From positions 1 to 19,754 of the forward strand of contig CAZJQC010000006.1 of NCBI GenBank assembly GCA_964548195.1: DNA of 19,754 nucleotides, read 5' to 3'. This stretch comes from an uncultured bacterium. Its GTDB lineage: Bacteria > Macinerneyibacteriota > Macinerneyibacteria > Macinerneyibacteriales > DSCS01. Below, piece after piece: positions 7,579 to 15,653 of this stretch. Every line of letters starts with the position of its first letter. Position 1 is the stretch's first letter. Both the position numbers and the translations under genes were made by a program. The notes under the pieces are model-generated. The model saw only the letters and a program-made list of their open reading frames with translations. It had not been told where the DNA came from and did not search any database.

Positions 7579-8703
7579 ATGAGACGGGTTCTGGCATTGT
7601 TTTTTATAACATTGTCAGTCGTTGCCCTGTGTTTTTCCGAGGTGGAGACGGGGTCAGTGGCTGCAGCCGATGTCAAATACGATGAAGGGGGTGCCGTGGA
7701 GGTGGAGTGGTTTTATCCCGCGGCGGAGGACCCCGTTCTTATCGAGATATACAGGGTATTTGACGGGCAGGAAGGCAAGATCAAGACGGGTGCTGATTTT
7801 CAGGGCAAGATGCGTGATTCGGGCCTTGATTACAAATCCGAGTACAGGTATGTGATGAAGGTCATGGACACGGACGGAGGTCTTATCGAGGAGTTTTCTT
7901 CGGAGACAGTCATACCGTCGGCCGCTTTATTCAATATGAAGAGGCTTGTCGTCCTTATTTCACTGATCATCATAATGTATCTGATAGTGCATTATATAAG
8001 AGGCGCGAGAAAGGGCATTTCCTTTCCCATAAGGAAGATCCCCGCGCTGGAGTCGGTGGAGGAAGCCATAGGGCGGGCCACCGAGATGGGAAAACCCATA
8101 CTGTTTGTCCCGGGAATAATGGACATCGATGATGTACAGACCGTTGCGGGTATTATCATTCTGGGCGAGGTGGCCTACAAGACGGCTGTCTATGACGCGT
8201 CTTTGAATGTCCCGGTATCGCGGTCCATGGTCATGTCCACCGCCAGGGAGACTGTGAAGGAGTCTTATTTGAAAGCCGGGCGTCCCGATGCTTTCAACGA
8301 CAACATGATACATTATCTTACCGATGACCAGTTCGGATATGTTTCCGGAGTCGACGGTATCATGATGAGGGAGAGGCCGGCTGCGATATTCATGCTCGGC
8401 ACCTTCTATGCCGAGAGCCTTATCCTTGCGGAGACGGGCAATTCGATCGGCGCCATCCAGATAGCGGGCACTGCCATGCCCTCACAGCTGCCTTTCTTTA
8501 TAGCGGCGTGTGACTACACCCTTATAGGCGAGGAACTTTATGCAGCTTCCGCCTATCTGAGCAAAAAGCCCGACATGCTCGGGGCTCTGAAGGGCCAGGA
8601 CGTGGCGAAATTTGTCATCATGATGATATTAATAATCGGAACCATTGTTACGATACTCTTCCCGGGGTTGGGCGTGGCTGAATGGTTCACCAACATAGGG
8701 TAG
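7579..8703 (+). CDS. Uncharacterised membrane protein A: signal peptide, fibronectin-III-like domain, TM, alpha/beta domain (DUF6754-like from memory), C-terminal TM
   Basis: RBS AAGGAGGT 7568-7575, ATG 7579. FN3-like pattern (VEVEW...IEIYR...DSGLDYKSEYRYVMKV), TM LVVLISLIIIMYLIVHYI, conserved-looking IRKIPALESVEEAIGRATEMGKP and ACDYTLIGEELYAASAYLS, then a C-terminal TM. The DUF name is recalled and not verified. Confidence 0.8.
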   Translation: MRRVLALFFITLSVVALCFSEVETGSVAAADVKYDEGGAVEVEWFYPAAEDPVLIEIYRVFDGQEGKIKTGADFQGKMRDSGLDYKSEYRYVMKVMDTDGGLIEEFSSETVIPSAALFNMKRLVVLISLIIIMYLIVHYIRGARKGISFPIRKIPALESVEEAIGRATEMGKPILFVPGIMDIDDVQTVAGIIILGEVAYKTAVYDASLNVPVSRSMVMSTARETVKESYLKAGRPDAFNDNMIHYLTDDQFGYVSGVDGIMMRERPAAIFMLGTFYAESLILAETGNSIGAIQIAGTAMPSQLPFFIAACDYTLIGEELYAASAYLSKKPDMLGALKGQDVAKFVIMMILIIGTIVTILFPGLGVAEWFTNIG

Positions 8704-8714
8704 AGGAGGGTGTC

Positions 8715-9374
8715 ATGTTTTGGAAAAGACAATTTCCCCTGTTGATCACCGCTTTTGTGGCCCTGGTCATGATCGCGGCGTATTTCGTCCCGAAGCCGGG
8801 CTTCGCCGACTCAAGGGACAACCTGCAGCAATGGTTTCTTATAGTCGTCACCTTTACCATGGTGCTCGGCCTTTTAAACCTGCTTCTGGTCAGCTACAGA
8901 AAAGCCGTGCGCGGCGCCAAGAAGGACAGGATATATCACTGGGTCACCATCATATCGCTGCTGGGCACGATCTTCGCGGGTTTTTTAAGAGGCGGTATCA
9001 ACAGCCCCTCTTTTGATTATATATTCGAATATGTGTACATACCATTGAGCGCCACCATATTCTCGCTGCTGGCTTTTTATGTGGCTTCAGCCGCGTTCCG
9101 GGCATTCCGGGCGAAATCGGCCATGGCCACCATCTTGCTGATCACGGCGTTCATAGTCATGCTGGGCCGTGTCCCGCTGGGCGAATGGCTCACGGGCTGG
9201 GCGCAGGGTCATTGGTATAAGTTCCTTTATATACCCACTCTTACCGACTGGATCATGGAAGTGATGAACATGGCCGGACAGAGAGCGGTTTTGATCGGAG
9301 CGGCGCTCGGGCTGATTGCCACGGGTATTAAGATCATACTCGGGATAGAGCGTTCGTATCTCGGCGGCGAATAG
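8715..9374 (+). CDS. Uncharacterised integral membrane protein B (about 6 TM)
   Basis: RBS GAGGAGGG, ATG 8715, 219 aa, six hydrophobic segments, ends LGIERSYLGGE. Confidence 0.85.
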   Translation: MFWKRQFPLLITAFVALVMIAAYFVPKPGFADSRDNLQQWFLIVVTFTMVLGLLNLLLVSYRKAVRGAKKDRIYHWVTIISLLGTIFAGFLRGGINSPSFDYIFEYVYIPLSATIFSLLAFYVASAAFRAFRAKSAMATILLITAFIVMLGRVPLGEWLTGWAQGHWYKFLYIPTLTDWIMEVMNMAGQRAVLIGAALGLIATGIKIILGIERSYLGGE

Positions 9375-9383
9375 GAGGACGGC

Positions 9384-10223
9384 ATGAAATTTCTGGAAAA
9401 ATTAAATACTCTTGACAGGAGAATCATATTTCTCATCATAGGGGTCGCGGTATTTGTGCCGCTGCTGTTCAAAGTGCCCATCTCCGTGAGTCCCTCTCCC
9501 ATCGTGAAGACCATATATGACGGCATAGAGGCGCTTCCCGAGGGCAGCAACATCATCTTGTCATTTGACTATGACCCCTCGACTCTGGCTGAACTTGAGC
9601 CTATGGCGGTCGCGACCATAAACCATTGTCTTAAGAAAAAGCACAAGCTGGTAATACTCGGACTGTGGCCTCAGGGGCCGAAGATGGCTCAGGAGATGAT
9701 GGAGGGCATGAGGGAAAAATACGGGCTGACATACGGCACGGATTATGTGAACCTCGGCTATAAGACCGGCGGCCTGGTTGTTATAAGCAGCCTCGGTTCC
9801 GCGATATCTGACCCTTTCCCCACTGATATGAACGGCACGCCGTTGTCCGAACTGCCTCTGCTTGACAGGCTGCATTCGCTCAAGGACTTCGATTACATAC
9901 TTTCGTTTTCCGCGGGCGACCCCGGCATCAAGCATTGGGTGATGATCGGCAAGGACCGTTTCAAGATACCCGTGGGCGGCGGCGTGACCGCGGTCAGCGC
10001 TCCCGCTTTTTACGCGTATTACAATTCCGGGCAGCTTGAAGGCCTTATGGGCGGCCTGAGAGGCGCTGCGGAATATGAGACTCTGTCGGGCGCGGTAGGC
10101 ACCGCTTCTTTCGGCATGAGTGCTCAGACATGGGCGCATTTGATGATCATATTGTTCATAATCGTGGGCAATATGACGATGATAATACTCAAAAAAAACA
10201 AAGACAAGAATAAGGTAGGGTGA
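9384..10223 (+). CDS. Uncharacterised membrane protein C: N-terminal TM, alpha/beta domain, C-terminal TM
   Basis: RBS AGGAGG, 279 aa. TMs IIFLIIGVAVFVPLLF and HLMIILFIIVGNMTMIIL flank a soluble domain (SFDYDPST, DYVNLGY, GLMGGLRGAAEYE). Confidence 0.85.
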   Translation: MKFLEKLNTLDRRIIFLIIGVAVFVPLLFKVPISVSPSPIVKTIYDGIEALPEGSNIILSFDYDPSTLAELEPMAVATINHCLKKKHKLVILGLWPQGPKMAQEMMEGMREKYGLTYGTDYVNLGYKTGGLVVISSLGSAISDPFPTDMNGTPLSELPLLDRLHSLKDFDYILSFSAGDPGIKHWVMIGKDRFKIPVGGGVTAVSAPAFYAYYNSGQLEGLMGGLRGAAEYETLSGAVGTASFGMSAQTWAHLMIILFIIVGNMTMIILKKNKDKNKVG

Positions 10224-10228
10224 TCGAT

Positions 10229-10903
10229 ATGATGTTTGCGGAAGCTACGGGCTATTTTATCGCCGGCTTGCTTACTCTGGCGATATTCAGCTTTCTTTAC
10301 AAGGATAATCCGTTGTATAAATTTGCCGAACATCTTTTCGTGGGCACATCGGCCGGATACTGGTTCATATACAACGTGTATAATGTGTTTATGCCCAATG
10401 TATGGCATGCATGGAAGAATGCCGGGAGCACGGGCGATTATCTCAACATAGTGCTGCCTGTGCTGCTGGGTATATTCATGCTGATGCGTCTTGTGCCCAA
10501 GGTCTCATGGATCTCCAGATGGGCCATATCATTTTCCGTCGGCATGACGGTCGGTTTCAGTATCATCATGGAGCTTGAGACCAACGTGCTGAAACAGATA
10601 GGGGCCACCATCGCGCCTTTTGAGGGGCTCAGCTTCTCCAAAGGGCATGTCATGGATTCGGTCAATATCATAATAATACTCCTTGCGGTCCTTTCCGCTT
10701 TGGTGTATTTTTTCTTTTCGAAGGAACATACAGGCGGCTACGGCAAGATCGCCAAGGTCGGTATTTGGGTTTTGATGGTTACTTTCGGCGCGTCATTCGG
10801 TTATACCGTTATGGCGAGGATCTCGCTTCTCATCGGACGAGTGCAGTTTCTGCAGGATGAATGGTGGAGCGCGATCAAGTATATGATAAGCAATATCAGT
10901 TAA
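10229..10903 (+). CDS. Uncharacterised integral membrane protein D (about 6 TM)
   Basis: ATG 10229 (alternative GTG 10220 overlapping the upstream stop). Six hydrophobic segments, with motifs FSFLYKDNPLYKFAEHLFVG and FGASFGYTVMARISLLIGR. Confidence 0.85.
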   Translation: MMFAEATGYFIAGLLTLAIFSFLYKDNPLYKFAEHLFVGTSAGYWFIYNVYNVFMPNVWHAWKNAGSTGDYLNIVLPVLLGIFMLMRLVPKVSWISRWAISFSVGMTVGFSIIMELETNVLKQIGATIAPFEGLSFSKGHVMDSVNIIIILLAVLSALVYFFFSKEHTGGYGKIAKVGIWVLMVTFGASFGYTVMARISLLIGRVQFLQDEWWSAIKYMISNIS

Positions 10904-10920
10904 TCGGAAAGAGGTGTAAG

Positions 10921-12165
10921 ATGAAAAAGACATTATTATATGTCATTGCCGCAGCCCTTATGCTCGCGGGATTCACCGCATGCGCGGGCGTTGAGGAAGA
11001 AGACCCTTTTGCGGGTGAGATCAATCAGGTGGAAGCTACTCCGCAGTATATAATAGACTACAACAAGGGCTTTTCCTTTGCGTCCAAAAAAGACTGGAAC
11101 AATGCGATACCCTATTATGAAAACACTTTGAACCTGCTGGACAAACTCAGCGAGGAGAAGCTGGGCGAAGACGCTATTCAGAGAATACACAGAAACAGCC
11201 TGTTGGGCCTGGGCCTGGCGTACGGCAATCTGGGCGACAACAGCAAGGCGGGCGTTTATTTCAACAAGTTCATAACAAGATGGCCGCATGAGATAGACGG
11301 TTATCTCACATTCGGCGCCATACTTGAAAAGAACGGCGACTCGGAAAAGGCTCACGAGCTTTACACGAAGGCCATGAACGTCAACCCCCAGAGCGCGGTG
11401 GCGGAATTCGCACTTGCCAATATTTACAGGCAGGATGGAAGGCTTGATGACGCTATCAGCTATTACCGCAAGGGCCTTAAAAAGGACCCCGGTTTCCAGG
11501 AGGGCAACGGCTGGTTCCAGCTTGGCAAGACATACGAGGAAAAAGGCGACTATCAGGGCATGATAACATCTTATGAAGAGATGTCAAAGGTCAGGCCCGA
11601 TGACTGGCAGGCATATTTCTTCCTTGCCGACGCATACCTTACAAAAGGCATGAAGACAGGTTCGGACAAGGCCAGGATCACAAAGGCGGACATAGACGAA
11701 AGAATCGGATACTACAAACAAGCCATTGAGACCGACAAGATGGGCCTTAATATCAAAGTCGACTCGGCCCAGCTGATGTCGCATCTCGCAACCTCATATG
11801 TGAGGCTTGCGGAGATGTACAAGAAGACCAACACCACGATGTTCAACAAATACGCAAATGACGCCATAGAAGTGCTCACAAGGTTTACCAAGTCCTATCC
11901 CGACAATGAGAAGGGGTACGCCCTTCTGGCTGACGGGTATCAGAAACTGCACAATTACAACAAGGCTATAGAGGCCGCTGACAAATCTCTGCAGATCGCT
12001 GATAATGACTATGCGCACTCCATACTGGGTGATGTCTATTTTACCCTGGAAAGATGGAACGCTTCGCAATCCCATTATTTGAAAATAGCTCAAAATCCCC
12101 AGTACCCCTATGTCAGGGGCCGTCTGGAGATCATCGCCAAAAGGTTGCGCGGAGAGTACGATTGA
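10921..12165 (+). CDS. TPR-repeat lipoprotein
   Basis: RBS GAGGT, ATG 10921. Signal MKKTLLYVIAAALMLAGFTA-C with lipobox-like Cys. Multiple TPR units (e.g. AEFALANIYRQDGRLDDAISYYRKGLKKDP, GYALLADGYQKLHNYNKAIEAADKSLQIA). Confidence 0.88.
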   Translation: MKKTLLYVIAAALMLAGFTACAGVEEEDPFAGEINQVEATPQYIIDYNKGFSFASKKDWNNAIPYYENTLNLLDKLSEEKLGEDAIQRIHRNSLLGLGLAYGNLGDNSKAGVYFNKFITRWPHEIDGYLTFGAILEKNGDSEKAHELYTKAMNVNPQSAVAEFALANIYRQDGRLDDAISYYRKGLKKDPGFQEGNGWFQLGKTYEEKGDYQGMITSYEEMSKVRPDDWQAYFFLADAYLTKGMKTGSDKARITKADIDERIGYYKQAIETDKMGLNIKVDSAQLMSHLATSYVRLAEMYKKTNTTMFNKYANDAIEVLTRFTKSYPDNEKGYALLADGYQKLHNYNKAIEAADKSLQIADNDYAHSILGDVYFTLERWNASQSHYLKIAQNPQYPYVRGRLEIIAKRLRGEYD

Positions 12166-12169
12166 TCGT

Positions 12170-13573
12170 ATGGAACCTGTAATATCATATGACTTTTCAA
12201 ATGTATTGAAAGGCAATATAGGCAAGGAATCCGGGCTCGCGCCCGGATTCCTTGATGATTACAATGATGTGCTGCGCAAGGGGCATCTCAAGATCGAGAA
12301 CGGCAGAGGCCAGGCGCCCTACAGTTTTATGGAACTGCCCTATGCCGATGTTTCCGCGATGACCGATTATGCCCGGCAGCTTGAAAGATTCAAATCGCTC
12401 GTGGTAGTAGGGATAGGCGGTTCGGCTCTTGGCGCCAGCGCTTTGTTCAAGGCATTGCGCCCGCGGTATCACAATATGAACAGCGAAAAGAAACTGTTCT
12501 TTATTGACAACTCTGACCCCGAGACCATTCTGGACGTCCTCGAGGCGATAGAGCCTTCCGAGACGGTGTTTGACATCGTGACCAAATCGGGCAGCACCGC
12601 CGAGACCATGTCCGCTTTTTCGCTCATACTCGCTATGCTCAAGAAAAACGGCCTTGACCCCGCCGACCATGTGATAGTCACCACCGACAGGGAAAAGGGC
12701 GATCTAACACGTATTGCCAAAGAATACGGACTCGATCAGTTCGACGTCCCGGAGGGCGTCGGCGGCCGCTATTCCGTATTTACTTCAGTGGGACTTTTGC
12801 CGGCGGTCTATCTTGGCATAGACATCAACGAGCTCCTTGACGGCGCAAAAGCCATGGATTCGTTTTGGCGCAGGACGCCTGTGGAAGAGAATCCCGTGGC
12901 GGTCAGCGCTTTGCTGAACTATGTGTATCACACGGATTTCAAGCGTAATGTGCTGGCTTTGATGTGTTATAAGGATGCCTTGAAACACACCGGCCTCTGG
13001 TATCAGCAGCTCTGGGCCGAAAGCCTTGGCAAGCGTTACGACCTGGACAACAAACTTGTCCAGACCGGAGCGACGCCTGTCGTGTTGAGAGGCGCCACGG
13101 ACCAGCATTCCGTGCTGCAGCTCTTTATGGACGGACCTGACGACAAGCTTTTTGTCTTTCTGGATGTAAGGGAGCCGCGCAGGGACAATATATTCACCAC
13201 TGACGGACTCGAAAAATACAAAAGCATCGCATATTTCAAAGGCAAGACCTCTCAGGAACTTATTTCCGCCGAGCTGGCCGGCGTTAAATACGCCCTGGCT
13301 GTCGCCGGCAAGCCAAGTTACCATATAACGCTGCAAAAAATAGACGAATATCATATAGGCGCTCTCTTTTATGCCCTTCAGCTTCAGACAGTGCTCACGG
13401 CATCGCTGTATAACGTAAACCCGTTTGACCAGCCCGGTGTCGAAGAGGGTAAACGGGCCACTTATGCCATCATGGGCAGAGAAGGTTATGACGAGAAGCG
13501 CAGAGAGATGGAAGATAACATAAAAGCCGACTTTGTCATGGAAGTCATACCGAAACAAAAGGGAATAAACTGA
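12170..13573 (+). CDS. pgi: Glucose-6-phosphate isomerase
   Basis: VVVGIGGSALG, TKSGSTAET, GVGGRYSV, QQLWAESLGK, GATDQHS and NPFDQPGVEEGK. ATG 12170 follows the TPR stop by 4 nt. Confidence 0.96.
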   Translation: MEPVISYDFSNVLKGNIGKESGLAPGFLDDYNDVLRKGHLKIENGRGQAPYSFMELPYADVSAMTDYARQLERFKSLVVVGIGGSALGASALFKALRPRYHNMNSEKKLFFIDNSDPETILDVLEAIEPSETVFDIVTKSGSTAETMSAFSLILAMLKKNGLDPADHVIVTTDREKGDLTRIAKEYGLDQFDVPEGVGGRYSVFTSVGLLPAVYLGIDINELLDGAKAMDSFWRRTPVEENPVAVSALLNYVYHTDFKRNVLALMCYKDALKHTGLWYQQLWAESLGKRYDLDNKLVQTGATPVVLRGATDQHSVLQLFMDGPDDKLFVFLDVREPRRDNIFTTDGLEKYKSIAYFKGKTSQELISAELAGVKYALAVAGKPSYHITLQKIDEYHIGALFYALQLQTVLTASLYNVNPFDQPGVEEGKRATYAIMGREGYDEKRREMEDNIKADFVMEVIPKQKGIN

Positions 13574-13574
13574 G

Positions 13575-13805
13575 ATGCCGGATCTTGTGGTGGTTTTTGA
13601 GACCTCAAGTCTCGCCGCATCCGAAATAGTCAAGGGCCTGCTGGAGTCCAATGACATTGACGTCATGGTGTTATCCGACGATTGCGGAGGCATGAGGCCC
13701 GCCCTTTCCTTCTCACGCGGCATAAGGCTTTGCGTGGATAAGGAATCAGCCGCAGCCGCCAGGGCTATCGTGGCGGAGTTTGAAGAGGCGGACGGCACTG
13801 ATTAG
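13575..13805 (+). CDS. DUF2007-family small protein
   Basis: 76 aa with the ASEIVKGLLESNDIDVMV...GIRLCV...AAAARAIV pattern typical of DUF2007. Confidence 0.75.
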   Translation: MPDLVVVFETSSLAASEIVKGLLESNDIDVMVLSDDCGGMRPALSFSRGIRLCVDKESAAAARAIVAEFEEADGTD

Positions 13806-13823
13806 AAAAAGCAGGAGGCTGTT

Positions 13824-14243
13824 ATGAAGGTCAACGCTCAATGGCATGGCAATATGCTTTTTTCCGTTACTGGTAAAAACGGACGCTACGCGCTTATGGA
13901 CGCTTCGGAATCATCCGGGGGGCAGGGGGCCGCGCCTTCGCCCAAGGAAGTCTTTCTCGGAGGGCTGGCCGGATGCACGGGTATGGACGTGGTCTCAATA
14001 TTGAAGAAGATGCGCATTGTCCCTGAAAGCTTTGAGATAGAGGTCGAAGGCGAGTTGGCGGCGGAGCATCCTCAAAGATTTGTTGACTATCATATTATCT
14101 ATGTGTTCCGCGGCGCGGGGCTTGAGGAGCATGCAGAAAAGCTTGAAAAAGCCGTGAAGCTCTCGCAGGAGCGGTATTGCGGTATTTCAGCGACGCTGGA
14201 GGCCGCGGCCGCCCTGGATTATTCTGTCAGGATCAACCCCTAA
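13824..14243 (+). CDS. OsmC/YhfA-like protein
   Basis: RBS AGGAGG. PSPKEVFLGGLAGCTGMDVVSILKKMR and AVKLSQERYCGIS carry the two family Cys. Confidence 0.9.
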   Translation: MKVNAQWHGNMLFSVTGKNGRYALMDASESSGGQGAAPSPKEVFLGGLAGCTGMDVVSILKKMRIVPESFEIEVEGELAAEHPQRFVDYHIIYVFRGAGLEEHAEKLEKAVKLSQERYCGISATLEAAAALDYSVRINP

Positions 14244-14247
14244 GTAC

Positions 14248-14955
14248 ATGTCCATAAAGGATTCCCGGACGCTCTTACGATTTACACGGACTTTTAAAAG
14301 GTTATACGGGCCCGTGATGAGGGAGAAAGCCGTCGCGGCCGAACTGAATTCCGGAAAAAAATATATTGTCGCCGTCTCAGGCGGCATCGACAGCGCCGTG
14401 CTTCTCCATTTTTTGGCGCAGGGCGCATTTGAATCCTCATTTTTGCCGGTCCATGTTGATTTCGGACAGGAAGCGTCCGAACACGTGAAGTCACTTTCAG
14501 CCGGCCACGGGCTGGATACGGTAGTACTGACTTGCCCCGACATGCGCGCCAGTGGTTGTTATGCCTGCGCGAGAGAACGAAAAAAACGCCTTTTTAGTTA
14601 CGCGGAAGAGGTACAGGCCGCGGGCGTCATTACGGGACATCACGGCGACGATGTCATAGAGTCGTTTTTCATAAGCCTGTTTTACGGTTCGGAAATACAC
14701 ACGTTTCCGCCGGTATCCCTTTTTTTTGACGGAAAAATAAGGGTCGTGAGGCCCTTTTATAGGCTTTTCAAGGAAGACATACAAGATTATGCAAGACGTG
14801 TCGGCCTTTCCGGTCATGCGGCCGTATGCGGCAGCGGCATTGACAATGTGCGTGAAAAGGTAAGGGCTTTTACCGGCGGACTTGCGGATGACGTCAAATG
14901 TAACGTCCTCAAAGCAGTATCAAAGGGCCAATGCCATGAAATACTTTACCGTTGA
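14248..14955 (+). CDS. PP-loop ATPase, TtcA (tRNA 2-thiocytidine synthase)-like
   Basis: IVAVSGGIDS PP-loop, CYAC, TGHHGDDVIESFF, VVRPF and a late Cys (AVCG). Short and divergent. Confidence 0.7.
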   Translation: MSIKDSRTLLRFTRTFKRLYGPVMREKAVAAELNSGKKYIVAVSGGIDSAVLLHFLAQGAFESSFLPVHVDFGQEASEHVKSLSAGHGLDTVVLTCPDMRASGCYACARERKKRLFSYAEEVQAAGVITGHHGDDVIESFFISLFYGSEIHTFPPVSLFFDGKIRVVRPFYRLFKEDIQDYARRVGLSGHAAVCGSGIDNVREKVRAFTGGLADDVKCNVLKAVSKGQCHEILYR

Positions 14956-14979
14956 ATATGTCTTCCCCGGTGTTATAAT
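14952..14979 (+). promoter_or_regulatory. Promoter for pyrE-coaX-bactofilin-M23
   Basis: TTGAAT (14952-14957), 16 nt, extended -10 TG-T-TATAAT (14971-14979). Confidence 0.65.
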
Positions 14980-15077
14980 GTATGACGATGAGAGCGCATC
15001 AGACGCATCAGGTCCGTCGGTTCATAGCCGCGGGGCTGGTGTGAAAGCTGCGGTGTTGTGATTTGAGAGGAGAACGT

Positions 15078-15647
15078 ATGAACAGGGATGAGTTATTAAA
15101 AATATACCAGGACAGTAACGCGCTGCTTGAAGGGCATTTTCAGCTCTCTTCGGGGCGCCATTCAAACAGATATCTTCAAAGCGCTTTGGTGATGCAATAT
15201 CCTGCTATAGCGGAAAAGCTCGGCAGGGAACTGGCATCGAAATTCGAGGACACTCAGGTGGATGTCGTCGTGGGCCCGGCCATGGGCGGTATCACCGTAG
15301 CCTATGAAGTGGGACGCGCGTTGGGGGTGAGGGCCCTGTTTACCGAAAGGGAGAATGGGAAGATGACCCTGAGACGCGGTTTTAAAATAAACAAAGGCGA
15401 GAAGGTGCTTGTTTGTGAAGATGTGGTGACTACAGGCGGATCCGTAAGGGAAGTGATAGCCTTTCTGGAATCAGCGGGGGCCGAGATCGTCGGCGTGGGG
15501 TATATTGTGGACAGAAGCAACGGCAAGGTGGATTTCGGGTATCCCGGCAAAAGCCTTCTAAGCCTTGAAGTGGTCTCTTATGCTCCTGAAGATTGCCCTT
15601 TATGCAAAACGGGGTCTCCCGCTGTAAAGCCCGGAAGCAGAAAGTGA
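15078..15647 (+). CDS. pyrE: Orotate phosphoribosyltransferase
   Basis: RBS GAGGAG, ATG 15078. ALLEGHFQLSSGRHS, GPAMGG, PRPP-binding VLVCEDVVTTGGS, and C-terminal CPLC...KPGSR. Confidence 0.95.
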   Translation: MNRDELLKIYQDSNALLEGHFQLSSGRHSNRYLQSALVMQYPAIAEKLGRELASKFEDTQVDVVVGPAMGGITVAYEVGRALGVRALFTERENGKMTLRRGFKINKGEKVLVCEDVVTTGGSVREVIAFLESAGAEIVGVGYIVDRSNGKVDFGYPGKSLLSLEVVSYAPEDCPLCKTGSPAVKPGSRK

Positions 15648-15653
15648 AATGAT

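Noticed and set aside
12785..13798. 337-aa minus-strand ORF
   Set aside because: Antisense to pgi and DUF2007, with no motifs.
15008..15030. TCAGGTCCG resembling the SRP (4.5S) RNA core
   Set aside because: The required GAAGGAAGCAG continuation is absent.
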